Shown here: positions 27,042-37,418 of the stretch, in pieces
How positions within the stretch are numbered: position 1 is the stretch's first letter
Layout of the letters: each line of letters begins with the position of its first letter
Assembly: GCA_963817915.1 (NCBI GenBank)
Contig: CAWFQL010000009.1
Coordinates: 64,001 to 128,000, forward strand
Origin: an uncultured candidate division Zixibacteria bacterium
Lineage (GTDB): Bacteria > Zixibacteria > MSB-5A5 > UBA10806
Length of the DNA stretch: 64,000 nucleotides
Reading direction: 5' to 3'
Position numbers and translations under genes: made by a program
The notes under the pieces: generated by a model
The model's input: only the letters and a program-made list of their open reading frames with translations
The model's database searches: none
Told to the model about the DNA's origin: nothing

Positions 27042-28648
27042 AGAAGGCGTTTCTAATTTGCCTTTTATTATTTTACGGCGTAACAGCGTTTGGCTTAACC
27101 ACTGAAGATTACATTTCGCAGCTTAATGCAATTTCGGGTACAAAGACGCTTCCTTATCTCAATCGGCCCACTACTCAGAGTTTGTGGCACACGCCCGACG
27201 GGATATTTGTCATTCATTATGACACCTCGGGGGTTAAGGCTGTATATGGCGCTGACATTGATATTTCACCAGTGGATGGAATTCCGGATTACGTGAATCG
27301 GACGGCAGAAATACTTCAAGAGTCATATAATGTTTATATTAATCAATTAGGCTTTGATCCGCCGCCATTTGACGGTATGGAAGGCGGAGATTCTCTTTAT
27401 GATGTTTATCTTACGGAAGTATCCGGCCTGACTTCTCCCGAAAATCCATCGACTCAGTATCCTGAAAGACCGGCTTACTCGTCATTTATGGAAATCGGCC
27501 ACGATCTTCGCGTTCCGCGCTATCATGATGATCCGATACCATTTCTAAAGGCATCCGTGTCGCATGAGTTATTTCATGCTATCGAATTTTCATATCGGGC
27601 ATATTCACGCGATATTTCCCCATGGTGGTTCGAAGCCTGCGCCAGTTGGGGAGAAGAAAAGGTTTATGATAATCTTAATGATGTTTATTATTCTCTCCAG
27701 TATTATTTGCCGGAGTTGCAGAGATCATTATATCGCACAGGGGGCCAGTTTGATTACGGGACATGGCTCTTGCCGGAGTATCTCGATGAAAGATTCGGCG
27801 CGGCGATCATCAAAGAATGCTGGCAAATGTTTGCTTCATTCGATTTTTCAGTTACGGCTATCGATAATGCGTTAATCCAGTATAATGGCAGTTTTAACGA
27901 TGAATTCGGCAAGCAGAGCGTCTGGAATTATTTTACATCTTCCAATTATATGCAGGGATTCTACGAGGAGGGTGCATCATTTCCCGTAACAGTACATGTT
28001 GGGCGCAGACATGATTTATATCCCGTTGAGTGGACAGTCGCTCCTGTGGATCAGGAGAATATTTCGGCAACTTATATCGAATTTGTAAGGCCGGAGCTAA
28101 GTCCGGGAATTTTACAGATTGACTATGATAATCCAACAACTGATAGACAGGCGGTTTGCCTGGTTGAAATCGGTCTGAATTCAACCGTCAGCTATACGAT
28201 TAACTTAATTCATAAAAATGGCCGGACTCGTCTTCGAGTCGATAATTTTGGTTATGACTCGAAAGTTATAATGATTCCACTCTGGCTTTTTGAAGGCACA
28301 ATGAAAGAAGGAACAACCACTTACGCATATCGGGCATTTATTGATAGCATGGCAACATCGACAGATTATGTCGAGAATCAGCCTATAAAATACTCTCTGG
28401 AAGGGGCATATCCGAATCCATTCAATAACGCGGTTTCGATATCTTTTTATTCGCCGCTGGAGGAAAGTTACAGGTTTAAAATCTATGATATTGTCGGCAG
28501 GTTGGTATATTCATCCGAGGGCATGGCGAATCAGGGGCCGACACAGATTAATTGGAAGGCAGACGAAAATATAAGCACGGGGACTCTCTTATATACCATA
28601 GAGACTTCATTTGGGAAATTGAACGGGAAGATGTTATTTTTGAAGTAG
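27038..28648 (+). CDS. secreted HEXXH metalloprotease (MXAN_6640-like) with PNPFN C-terminal sorting domain
   Basis: Signal peptide MKKAFLICLLLFYGVTAFG; FVIHYD, DGIPDYV, HELFHAIE, WWFEACASWGEE; YPNPFNN...KMLFLK. Confidence 0.82.
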   Translation: MKKAFLICLLLFYGVTAFGLTTEDYISQLNAISGTKTLPYLNRPTTQSLWHTPDGIFVIHYDTSGVKAVYGADIDISPVDGIPDYVNRTAEILQESYNVYINQLGFDPPPFDGMEGGDSLYDVYLTEVSGLTSPENPSTQYPERPAYSSFMEIGHDLRVPRYHDDPIPFLKASVSHELFHAIEFSYRAYSRDISPWWFEACASWGEEKVYDNLNDVYYSLQYYLPELQRSLYRTGGQFDYGTWLLPEYLDERFGAAIIKECWQMFASFDFSVTAIDNALIQYNGSFNDEFGKQSVWNYFTSSNYMQGFYEEGASFPVTVHVGRRHDLYPVEWTVAPVDQENISATYIEFVRPELSPGILQIDYDNPTTDRQAVCLVEIGLNSTVSYTINLIHKNGRTRLRVDNFGYDSKVIMIPLWLFEGTMKEGTTTYAYRAFIDSMATSTDYVENQPIKYSLEGAYPNPFNNAVSISFYSPLEESYRFKIYDIVGRLVYSSEGMANQGPTQINWKADENISTGTLLYTIETSFGKLNGKMLFLK

Positions 28649-28657
28649 GAGATAGGT

Positions 28658-29320
28658 TTGGACAGTGAATTAAATATAAATGAATCTGTAACTGTAGAAA
28701 ACGAGCAGGAAAATTTAAAAGGACCATTTGAACAGGAATATTCTCTGGCTGTTGAGGCGTTGCTATTTGCTTCACCAATGCCGCTTTCAGATTCGCATCT
28801 GGCAAGGATAATAGGTATAGATAAAAAAAGAATCGCGGGCATCATAGAATTTCTGAATACGCAATATGTCGAATGGGGCAGATCATTTCGAATCGAGCAT
28901 TTTGGTGAAGGCTACCGGCTTTATTCAATTCCTGAATTCGATAAATATATCAGCCGCCTTGGCGATATACCTCGACCTGCAAGATTATCCAAAGCGGCGC
29001 TGGAAGTGCTCGCCTTAATTGCATACAAACAGCCTATGGTAAAATCCGATATCGATAAAATTCGAGGGATAGATTCATCAGGAGTTATCAGGACATTGGT
29101 TGAACGGGGGCTTGTGATTATCAGCGGCCGATCCGATGCCCCGGGACGTCCGCTCTTGTATAAGACGACGCCTGAATTTCTCGAGTTTTTCGGAATTTCC
29201 GATTTGGCCGAATTGCCTACGCCAGAATTGTCGGAAGAAGAAATGTTGGCTCCCAGAAATCTTACATTGGTACGCCCGCCGGAAAATACGGAATCCGATA
29301 GCAATTTAGATGAGGCTTAA
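28658..29320 (+). CDS. scpB: SMC-Scp complex subunit ScpB
   Basis: EALLFAS, LSKAALEVLALIAYKQP, IRGIDS, GRPLLYKTT.EFLEFFG...LAELP. Confidence 0.95.
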   Translation: MDSELNINESVTVENEQENLKGPFEQEYSLAVEALLFASPMPLSDSHLARIIGIDKKRIAGIIEFLNTQYVEWGRSFRIEHFGEGYRLYSIPEFDKYISRLGDIPRPARLSKAALEVLALIAYKQPMVKSDIDKIRGIDSSGVIRTLVERGLVIISGRSDAPGRPLLYKTTPEFLEFFGISDLAELPTPELSEEEMLAPRNLTLVRPPENTESDSNLDEA

Positions 29321-30029
29321 TAAATTTCTTGCCGGGGCTGGAGTAGCATCCCGAAGAGCAGCTGATATAATTATTCAGGAGGGCAGAATCGCTGTCAACG
29401 GCGAGATTGTCCAAAAATTGGGGACAGTCGTTGATGAGAATCTGGATAAGGTAACCCTCGACGGCAAGCCGTTAGAATTATCGACAGCATTCATATATCT
29501 CATGCTCAACAAACCAACCGGATATATCGTGACCAGCAAGGATGAGCGCAACAGGCCGATAATCCTCGATCTCATGGGTAAATATAAAAGCTTGGTGAAG
29601 CCGGTCGGAAGGCTCGATCTTGATTCCTCAGGGCTCTTGATTCTGACCAACGATGGCGAATTCGCGTTTCGATTGTCTCATCCCCGCTATGAGATTGAAA
29701 AGACATATCTCGTAAAATGCGAAGGACTATTGACCGACGGCAATAAAATGACCCTCGAAGCGGGGATAGAATTGGACGATGGCCCGACAGCGCCTGCCAA
29801 AATAAAATTGATTTCGCGCAACGACAATTACAGCCGTTTCGAAATCACGATTCACGAGGGAAGAAAACGGCAGGTAAGGCGGATGTGTAAGGAAGTTGAT
29901 AATGACGTGCTGACGTTGCGGAGGGTATCGATAGGTCCACTTAAATTAGGCGATCTTGAGCAAGGTACATTCAGACGTTTGAAGGATGATGAATTGACCG
30001 CCCTGAAAAAAGCGGTAAAGATGCTATGA
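29310..30029 (+). CDS. rluB: 23S rRNA pseudouridine synthase (RluB/RsuA family)
   Basis: S4 domain RLNKFLA.AGVASRR, PVGRLDLDSSGL, EGRKRQVRRM; usual position after scpB. Confidence 0.88.
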   Translation: MRLNKFLAGAGVASRRAADIIIQEGRIAVNGEIVQKLGTVVDENLDKVTLDGKPLELSTAFIYLMLNKPTGYIVTSKDERNRPIILDLMGKYKSLVKPVGRLDLDSSGLLILTNDGEFAFRLSHPRYEIEKTYLVKCEGLLTDGNKMTLEAGIELDDGPTAPAKIKLISRNDNYSRFEITIHEGRKRQVRRMCKEVDNDVLTLRRVSIGPLKLGDLEQGTFRRLKDDELTALKKAVKML

Positions 30030-30703
30030 AATATAAAGTCATAGCTATTGATGGACCGGCAGGCTCCGGCAAAAGCACAACCGCCAAAATTCTCGCGACG
30101 AAATTAGGCTATACATATCTCGACACCGGCGCGATGTATCGAACTATTACTCTGGCGGCGCTGGAAAATAAAATTGACCTCTCGGATGAATCCAATATCT
30201 GCAAACTGGCGGAAAAAGTAAAATTCGATATAATCTCGGGTAATGATGGAGATAAAATAATTCTCGATGGGCGTGATGTGACAGCCGCAATCCGCACTCC
30301 TAAGGTCGACTCCAGCGTTTCGCTGGTGTCATCATACAAAAAAGTGCGTGAGCGAATGGTGACCTGGCAGCGAAAATATTCGAAGCAGGGGAATGTGATT
30401 GCCGAAGGAAGAGATATCGGAACAGTCGTATTCCCCGATGCCGATCTCAAAATTTATCTCACCGCCGACCTAAATACCCGCGCCGTGCGCAGATGCCGTC
30501 AATTGGAGGGAGCTGGCATTGTCTCGAATTTCGATGAGCAGGCGTCGGCATTATCATCCCGTGATTTATTCGATTCGGGACGTGAAAATTCGCCGTTGAA
30601 AAAAGCCGACGACGCAATCGAGTTCGATACGACCGACATGTCGATCAATGAACAAGTCGATAAAATATACGATTTGATCTGCCAAAAATTAGGCATCGTA
30701 TGA
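30026..30703 (+). CDS. cmk: cytidylate kinase
   Basis: IAIDGPAGSGKST, LDTGAMYR, EGRDIGTVVFPDA. Confidence 0.96.
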   Translation: MKYKVIAIDGPAGSGKSTTAKILATKLGYTYLDTGAMYRTITLAALENKIDLSDESNICKLAEKVKFDIISGNDGDKIILDGRDVTAAIRTPKVDSSVSLVSSYKKVRERMVTWQRKYSKQGNVIAEGRDIGTVVFPDADLKIYLTADLNTRAVRRCRQLEGAGIVSNFDEQASALSSRDLFDSGRENSPLKKADDAIEFDTTDMSINEQVDKIYDLICQKLGIV

Positions 30704-31314
30704 ACCCCCTATATAGACTTTTCTGGATAATCCTTCGGATTTACCTTAAACTCTTTTGCAGGCTTAAGATTATCGGCAGTGAGAATATCCCCAAAACCGG
30801 TGGAATTATAGTCGCCTCTAATCATATTTCAGCGGCAGACCCGCCATTCGTGGGTTCATGCATAAACCGTCCCATGTTTTTTATGGCAAAGAAAGAGCTA
30901 TTCAAAAATTTCTTTTTCGGTCGGCTAATAACCGCTGTGAATGCATTTCCGGTCAACAGGGGAATATTTGACCGCGAGGCGCTCCAAAAATCTGAAGAAG
31001 TATTAACCAAAGGCTATGGTTTGATAATGTTTCCTGAGGGCACCAGGAGCAAGACGGGTGAGCTTGGCGAGGTAAAACCGGGAATCGGCCTTCTATCGAG
31101 AAAAGCAGTTGTGCCAATTATCCCTGCCTATATTCAAAATTCTAATGGTTTCTGGAAATTGATTTTTAAAGGAAAAAGGATCACTGTCCAATTCGGTTCC
31201 GCCATAGACGCTCAATGGATACGATCAATTCCCGACACCAAAGACGGATACCGAAATATCGCCGATGAGGTAATAAATCGGATAAGGGTATTGAAAGACG
31301 CGACTGAACGTTGA
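30700..31314 (+). CDS. plsC: 1-acyl-sn-glycerol-3-phosphate acyltransferase
   Basis: NHISAAD, FMAKKELF, FPEGTRS. Confidence 0.9.
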   Translation: MNPLYRLFWIILRIYLKLFCRLKIIGSENIPKTGGIIVASNHISAADPPFVGSCINRPMFFMAKKELFKNFFFGRLITAVNAFPVNRGIFDREALQKSEEVLTKGYGLIMFPEGTRSKTGELGEVKPGIGLLSRKAVVPIIPAYIQNSNGFWKLIFKGKRITVQFGSAIDAQWIRSIPDTKDGYRNIADEVINRIRVLKDATER

Positions 31315-31448
31315 TTTATCCTTCCCAGCCATTAAAATTATATTGCATATTGAGTTGAATACCATATATTGATTAGCTTAAATCTCCCGATACTATGTAG
31401 ACGGGAGTGCCCTTTGGGGTTATAGTCTTTTAGGAGGTCAATAAAATA

Positions 31449-33434
31449 ATGCCAGCCAAAAAAGCTGAAAGTGCAAGTGCAGCAAAGAAAAAAGCCAAGA
31501 CGGGAGGTAGTGCTAAGAGCAAGACAGCTAAAGCCAAAGCAGAATCGCGTCAAAGAGCAACTGTTAAGAAGGAATCCAAGGTAGCGGAAAAGGGGAAAGA
31601 GACTTTAGAATTAATCAAAAAGACTCGTTCCAAAGCCCCTCGACAAAAAGCTAAAAAAGCCGATGTCGAAACAGCGTTATCCGCCGAAGACATCGAGACC
31701 CAGGAATACACCACCGATGAATTCGAAAAGATGATGGCGATGTACGACGGTACTCTCCAGGATATCAAAGAGGGTGAAGTCGTAGCAGGTACTGTCCTCG
31801 GTGTCACCAGAGATGATATCATTGTTGATGTCGGATTTAAATCGGAAGGTATAATTCCGATCGCTGAATTTTCCGGTCAGGTCAATGTTAAAGTTGGCGA
31901 TAAGATCGATGTCTACCTTGAGGCTATTGAAGATAGCGATGGTCAGTTGGTTCTTTCAAAACAAAAAGCCGATTTCATGCGAGTTTGGGATAATATCAAG
32001 GACGCGCATGATTCCGGGCAGACCGTGCAAGGCAGAATTGTCAGAAGAATCAAAGGCGGAATGGTGGTCGACCTTTTTGGAGTCGAGGCCTTTTTACCCG
32101 GTTCTCAGATTGCATTGAGGCAGGTGCCGGATTTTGACGCGCTTCTTACGACTACAATGGAATTAAAAATTATCAAGCTGAATAAAACTCGTAGAAATAT
32201 CGTCGTCTCAAGACGTGTAGTTCTCGAAGAAGAACGCGAGAAAATGCGGGATCAGCTATTAAAGGAAATCGAGCCCGGTCAGGTCCGTCTCGGAGTGATC
32301 AAGAATATTACCGATTTTGGAGTATTCATTGATCTCGGCGGAGTCGATGGGCTTTTACATATTACCGATATGTCCTGGGGACGAGTCAATCATCCATCTG
32401 AAATTGTGCGGCTCGGCCAGGAACTTCAGGTCAAAATTCTCGATTACGATAAAACCAATAACAGAATTTCTCTCGGCCTTAAGCAATTGACTCCATATCC
32501 ATGGGAAAATGTCGAAGAGAAATTTCCTGTTGGCACCAGAGTAAAAGGCAAGATCGTATCCATCACGGATTACGGCGCCTTCGTAGAGCTCGAAAAAGGA
32601 ATCGAAGGGTTAATTCATATTTCCGAAATGTCATGGACTCAACATATAAAGCATCCATCTAAACTTTTGAGTGTCAATTCGGTTGTCGAGGCAGTTGTAT
32701 TGTCCGTAGATAAGGAAAATGAAAAGATATCTCTCGGATTAAAGCAGCTTGAGCCCGATCCCTGGTTGACTCTCGATCTTAAATACCCAGTTGGAACCAA
32801 GGTCACCGGCAAGGTAAGAAATCTAACCACATTCGGCGCATTCGTTGAAATTGAAGATGGTATCGATGGTTTGGTTCATATCTCTGATATGTCCTGGACT
32901 AAGCGAATTCAGCATCCATCCGAAGTCATGAAACGCGGCGATGTTGTTGACGTAGTTGTCCTCGGAATCGATAAAGAAAATCGCAGGATTTCATTGGGGC
33001 ATAAGCAGGTCATGGCCGATCCCTGGCCCGAACTTCAACTCCAATACGCGATCAATACCGAAACAATCGGCACGATTGCTCGATTGCTCGATAGAGGCGT
33101 AATTGTCAATCTCACCGGCGATGTCGAAGGTTTTGTCCCAGCCAACCAATTAGGCAAAACTGATATCACTCGACCTTCCGACGCTTTTAATGAGGGTGAC
33201 GAAATACCTTTGAGAGTAATCGAATTCGATTCGCATAACCGACGTATCGTGCTTTCTGTGGATTCGTATTTTTCCGGCAAGGAAAAGGCCGATGTCGAAG
33301 CCTTTGTGGCAAAACACCCGACCAGATCCATCCCGGTAGCTGATATGATATCCCAGCAGGACGAAGGTCTTATTCCTCCGCAGGCAGCAGATGCTCATGG
33401 GGAGTCAGCCGAAAAGCCTCCAGAGAGTATTTAG
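31449..33434 (+). CDS. rpsA: 30S ribosomal protein S1 with Lys/Ala-rich N-terminal extension
   Basis: Six S1 repeats (DVGFKSEG, AFLPGSQI, DGLLHITDMSW, EGLIHISEMSW...); AGGAGG SD. Confidence 0.97.
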   Translation: MPAKKAESASAAKKKAKTGGSAKSKTAKAKAESRQRATVKKESKVAEKGKETLELIKKTRSKAPRQKAKKADVETALSAEDIETQEYTTDEFEKMMAMYDGTLQDIKEGEVVAGTVLGVTRDDIIVDVGFKSEGIIPIAEFSGQVNVKVGDKIDVYLEAIEDSDGQLVLSKQKADFMRVWDNIKDAHDSGQTVQGRIVRRIKGGMVVDLFGVEAFLPGSQIALRQVPDFDALLTTTMELKIIKLNKTRRNIVVSRRVVLEEEREKMRDQLLKEIEPGQVRLGVIKNITDFGVFIDLGGVDGLLHITDMSWGRVNHPSEIVRLGQELQVKILDYDKTNNRISLGLKQLTPYPWENVEEKFPVGTRVKGKIVSITDYGAFVELEKGIEGLIHISEMSWTQHIKHPSKLLSVNSVVEAVVLSVDKENEKISLGLKQLEPDPWLTLDLKYPVGTKVTGKVRNLTTFGAFVEIEDGIDGLVHISDMSWTKRIQHPSEVMKRGDVVDVVVLGIDKENRRISLGHKQVMADPWPELQLQYAINTETIGTIARLLDRGVIVNLTGDVEGFVPANQLGKTDITRPSDAFNEGDEIPLRVIEFDSHNRRIVLSVDSYFSGKEKADVEAFVAKHPTRSIPVADMISQQDEGLIPPQAADAHGESAEKPPESI

Positions 33435-33460
33435 GCGATTCGAAACAGTTTGATAATATG

Positions 33461-33487
33461 AGCCCCCCTTAAACAGGGGGCTTTCTT
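33461..33487 (+). terminator. intrinsic terminator after rpsA
   Basis: AGCCCCC...GGGGGCT followed by TTCTT. Confidence 0.75.
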
Positions 33488-33488
33488 A

Positions 33489-33518
33489 TTGACAGGAATA
33501 TAGGTTTGTAGATAAATT
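33489..33518 (+). promoter_or_regulatory. sigma70 promoter of the LPS cluster
   Basis: TTGACA-N18-TAAATT about 15 nt before ATG 33533. Confidence 0.55.
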
Positions 33519-33532
33519 TCGATGCATAGCAT

Positions 33533-34558
33533 ATGGCAACAAAGATGAAAATACCATCAATCGCGGCCTTATTTCGCCAAAAAACCGACCCGGGAAGAAT
33601 AAGAATCATTCTGGAAAGTCCGGGCAAAATCCTTTTGGTCAAGCAGTCCGAACGGTTGGGGAATATAGTCCTGATTAATTCAGCGATTGGGGCTCTCAAC
33701 AAATCGTTCCCAGGCTCCAAAATTGACCTGATGCTTCCGGCTAAGTATTGTGATTTAATGAAAGATGATGAAAGGATTAACCAGATAATCCCTGTCTATA
33801 AACGTCATTATATTCTAAGGCCCTGGAAGCTGATTCAGCTTCTGAATTTTATAAGGCGACAAAAATACGATCTCGCGATCGATTGCTCTGATGTTAATTC
33901 GCATTCCTCTACCGGCGTGATATACACGCTTCTTTCAAGAGCGGTAGTTACCGCTGGATGGAAGATGAATGAAAAGCGCGTTTTCGATGTTGAAGTGCCC
34001 CGTTATGGCGACGTACCGCACGCTTCCGAGATGTATTTGAGATTAATATCGGGTATTTTTGAGAAAAAGATGGAAGGCGAGCCGTATTTCGGCAGTATCG
34101 GTAAAGTAAGATTCGACACGAAAAGTTTAGTAGGTATTAATTGCGGCGGGCGGGACTCCAAGAGATGGTCTTTACAAAAATTTCTCGAAGTCGGTAAAAA
34201 ACTGGCTCAACAAGATATAAGTGTCGAGTTCATTCTTGGTCCTGAAGAAGCGGATATCAGGCAGAAATTCGAACAAGAATTGCCCAATAGTACGAGACTG
34301 TTACCGCCTGTATCTATACTGGAACTGAAAAGACGAATAGGTTCATACGATCTTTTTATTTCATCGGACAGCGGTCCCATGCATTTGGCGTGGTGCCAGC
34401 GGATTCCGGTGATTGCGATATTCCAGAGTTCCGAGATTGAAAAATTTAAACCTCTTTCACCGGGCTCAGTATCATTAGCTAATGGCAATGACATCAGCCC
34501 GGATGAAATATGTGCAATTGTGCTAAAAACTTTGAATTCGCAGAAGGTGGCTAAATGA
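33533..34558 (+). CDS. glycosyltransferase family 9 (heptosyltransferase-like)
   Basis: RLGN, YDLAID, KRWS, FISSDSGPMHLA. Confidence 0.88.
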   Translation: MATKMKIPSIAALFRQKTDPGRIRIILESPGKILLVKQSERLGNIVLINSAIGALNKSFPGSKIDLMLPAKYCDLMKDDERINQIIPVYKRHYILRPWKLIQLLNFIRRQKYDLAIDCSDVNSHSSTGVIYTLLSRAVVTAGWKMNEKRVFDVEVPRYGDVPHASEMYLRLISGIFEKKMEGEPYFGSIGKVRFDTKSLVGINCGGRDSKRWSLQKFLEVGKKLAQQDISVEFILGPEEADIRQKFEQELPNSTRLLPPVSILELKRRIGSYDLFISSDSGPMHLAWCQRIPVIAIFQSSEIEKFKPLSPGSVSLANGNDISPDEICAIVLKTLNSQKVAK

Positions 34559-36384
34559 AGCTTTATTGGCGTTTATTGAGTTTTCTGAGGCCCCATCTAA
34601 AATATTTTCTGACTGCTGTCATCCTGGGGTTATTTTACGCGGCAATCAGCGGTGTATCCCTGACAATGGTTGTTCCCTTTACGAAAATTATCTTCGAACA
34701 GGATGTTTCTACGCCGCAGATCAGTTCAGAGCCGATCGATTATTCTAAATTGCTCAAGCTCGATAAAGATACGATAGTTCGGATAATCGGTGGGGAGACC
34801 AAGACCGAGCGACTGGGAAGATTCTGTATATTGCTGATAAGCATATTTCTGATTAAAAATATGTTTCTATATGGCTGGAGTTTTTTAATAGTCAGAGTGG
34901 AGCAGGGCGTGATTCGCGATCTGCGCGATACGTTATTTACCAAATATCATAATTTGCCATTGGAATTTTTCCATGTACATAAGGCTGGAGAGCTGATATC
35001 GAGAGTCACCAATGATATCATGCTGGTTCGCGGCGCGGTGGCCAATGGCCTTTCGGATTTGCTCAAGAATTTTTTCCTGGCGCTAATATTTTTAGTTTTG
35101 GTGTTTGTCTCAGCATGGAAATTGGCTCTGGCAGCAATACTCGTGATGCCGCCATCAATTATTCTTATCAGTATTCTTGGCAGGGCGCTCCGGGTTAAGT
35201 CCGCGATTACACAGCAAAAGATGGCATCGATTACCACCGTGCTCCAGGAAACAGTTTCAGGCATCAGAGTGGTAAAGGCATTCGCCATGGAAAGATTCGA
35301 GATAGGCCGTTTCAAGAAATACACGGGCGACTATTTTAAGACAATGGTGCGATTGACTCGTATCGGCTCGCTGGCGATTCCGATGACAGAATTATTGGGA
35401 GTAACCGCGGCCACATTGATATTATGGTATGGCGGAAGACAGATTCTCATGGGAACAGGCCTGACTCCCGATAGATTCTTTCTTTTTCTGGTTGCCATGT
35501 TATCATTGATGCAGCCCATTAAAGTATTGAGCCAGGCGAATATCGATATCCAACAGGGGTTGGCGGCTGCCGAACGATTATTCAAGATACTTGATGCTGA
35601 ATCAAAAATCGTAGAAAAGCCCAATCCGATCATAATGAATAATTTCAACGATTCGATTGTTTTTGAAAATGTATTCTACAAATATCCTGATGGCAGCTTT
35701 TCACTTGAGGAAATCAGCTTTGAAATAAAAAAGGGAGAGGTTATCGCTCTTGCGGGCCCATCCGGCGGCGGTAAATCTACTATAGTGGATTTGATCCCGC
35801 GTTTCTATGATCCGATTGCCGGAAGAGTTGTCTTGGACGGTCACGATCTCAAGGATGTCCAAATCCGCTCATTACGAAACTTAATGGGCATAGTCACGCA
35901 GGAGACTATTCTTTTTAATGATTCTGTCTATAATAATGTTGCTTACGGTCAATCTGAAATAGGCCGCGAGTCAGTTGAAAGAGCATTGGATGCCGCCTGC
36001 GCCCTTGATTTTGTTAACGAAATGCCGCAGGGATTGGATACGATAATAGGAGATAGGGGTGTTAAATTATCCGGCGGACAGAGGCAGAGGCTTGCGATTG
36101 CCAGAGCCCTCTTGAAGGACCCGCCTATTTTAATTTTCGATGAAGCTACGTCATCGCTGGATTCGCAATCCGAACAGCTAATTACAAAGGCAATTTCCAA
36201 TCTACTAGTTGGACGGACCGTAATAATAATCGCTCACCGGCTTTCGACAATCAGAAAAGCCAATAAAATCCTCGTCATAGAAAATGGGCGGATAGTTCAG
36301 ACCGGAGAGCACAGCGACCTTTTGACAGAAGGCGGCTTGTATAAAAGACTTTACGATCTGCAATTTCAGGACTTCAGCGTATGA
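34555..36384 (+). CDS. msbA: lipid A exporter MsbA-like ABC transporter
   Basis: TM domain plus GPSGGGKST, LSGGQRQR, IFDEATSSLD; lies within the LPS cluster. Confidence 0.85.
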   Translation: MKLYWRLLSFLRPHLKYFLTAVILGLFYAAISGVSLTMVVPFTKIIFEQDVSTPQISSEPIDYSKLLKLDKDTIVRIIGGETKTERLGRFCILLISIFLIKNMFLYGWSFLIVRVEQGVIRDLRDTLFTKYHNLPLEFFHVHKAGELISRVTNDIMLVRGAVANGLSDLLKNFFLALIFLVLVFVSAWKLALAAILVMPPSIILISILGRALRVKSAITQQKMASITTVLQETVSGIRVVKAFAMERFEIGRFKKYTGDYFKTMVRLTRIGSLAIPMTELLGVTAATLILWYGGRQILMGTGLTPDRFFLFLVAMLSLMQPIKVLSQANIDIQQGLAAAERLFKILDAESKIVEKPNPIIMNNFNDSIVFENVFYKYPDGSFSLEEISFEIKKGEVIALAGPSGGGKSTIVDLIPRFYDPIAGRVVLDGHDLKDVQIRSLRNLMGIVTQETILFNDSVYNNVAYGQSEIGRESVERALDAACALDFVNEMPQGLDTIIGDRGVKLSGGQRQRLAIARALLKDPPILIFDEATSSLDSQSEQLITKAISNLLVGRTVIIIAHRLSTIRKANKILVIENGRIVQTGEHSDLLTEGGLYKRLYDLQFQDFSV

Positions 36385-37418
36385 ACACGCCGTCTTCCGC
36401 GCTTTTTATTCAGCTTCGCCGGATTGGCGATATCCTAATGTGCACGCCTGCAATTCGCGCTTTCAAGGAGCTAAATCCTTCCTGCAAGCTTGATTTTCTG
36501 ACCGAATGGCCCGATGTGCTTCGCGGCAATCCCAATATCAGGGATATTATTACTGTCGATGCGAGCGAGCGATATAATCCATTATATCAATGGGGGCTCA
36601 TAAATAATATTCGCAAAAGAAAATATGATTTGGTAGTCGATTTTCTCGCTAACCCGAGAAGCGCGTATTATTCATTTCTAACCGGCGCAAATACAAGATT
36701 GAGCTATGGCTATGGTCACCGGAAATGGGCCTATAATCTAATTCCACCTAAAGCGGATAAAGTTCAATATGCAGCGCTCGATAGATTGCAACTTATCAAA
36801 TCTATTGATGTAGAATCGGATGCCCCGCGCCTCGAATTTTATCCTGATAATGATAGCAGAAAAGAGGCAAAGAAGTTGCTAGCCAACATTATTGGCAAAC
36901 CGATTGTATCAATATCGCCGGTATCCAGGCATCAATATAATTGCTGGCCCCTTGAAAAATATGCCGAATTGGGTCGGCGTCTTTCATTGAATCTTGGAAT
37001 GTCAGTAGTCATCGTAACAGGACCGGGAGAAAGCGATATTGCGGATAAAATGTCATCACTTATAGATAATTATCCTTCTCTTGTTCTCAAAATAGATAGC
37101 CTGGCATTATTAGGGGCCATTTTTGAAAATGTCTCATTGCATATTGGAAATGACAACGGACCAAAACATATTGCCGTCGCATGCGGCGCGCCGACTATAA
37201 CCATCTACGGTCCGCACAGCCCCATTGGCTGGACCTATCCTGATAGCACTCGGCATCTATGGATTGCGCCTAAAGAATTTTGCGAGGATTGCGCCACGAA
37301 AAAAAATCGATGCGATGCTAAATGTATTGCAGAAATCCCAGTTGACGCGGTATGGGAAAAGGCGCAGAGCCTTGTCAATTCGTTAAAGCCCGAAGGGTCA
37401 CCGATTAAGAAATCATGA
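36381..37418 (+). CDS. glycosyltransferase family 9
   Basis: LRRIGDIL, YDLVVD, GNDNGPKHIA, YGP. Confidence 0.9.
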   Translation: MNTPSSALFIQLRRIGDILMCTPAIRAFKELNPSCKLDFLTEWPDVLRGNPNIRDIITVDASERYNPLYQWGLINNIRKRKYDLVVDFLANPRSAYYSFLTGANTRLSYGYGHRKWAYNLIPPKADKVQYAALDRLQLIKSIDVESDAPRLEFYPDNDSRKEAKKLLANIIGKPIVSISPVSRHQYNCWPLEKYAELGRRLSLNLGMSVVIVTGPGESDIADKMSSLIDNYPSLVLKIDSLALLGAIFENVSLHIGNDNGPKHIAVACGAPTITIYGPHSPIGWTYPDSTRHLWIAPKEFCEDCATKKNRCDAKCIAEIPVDAVWEKAQSLVNSLKPEGSPIKKS

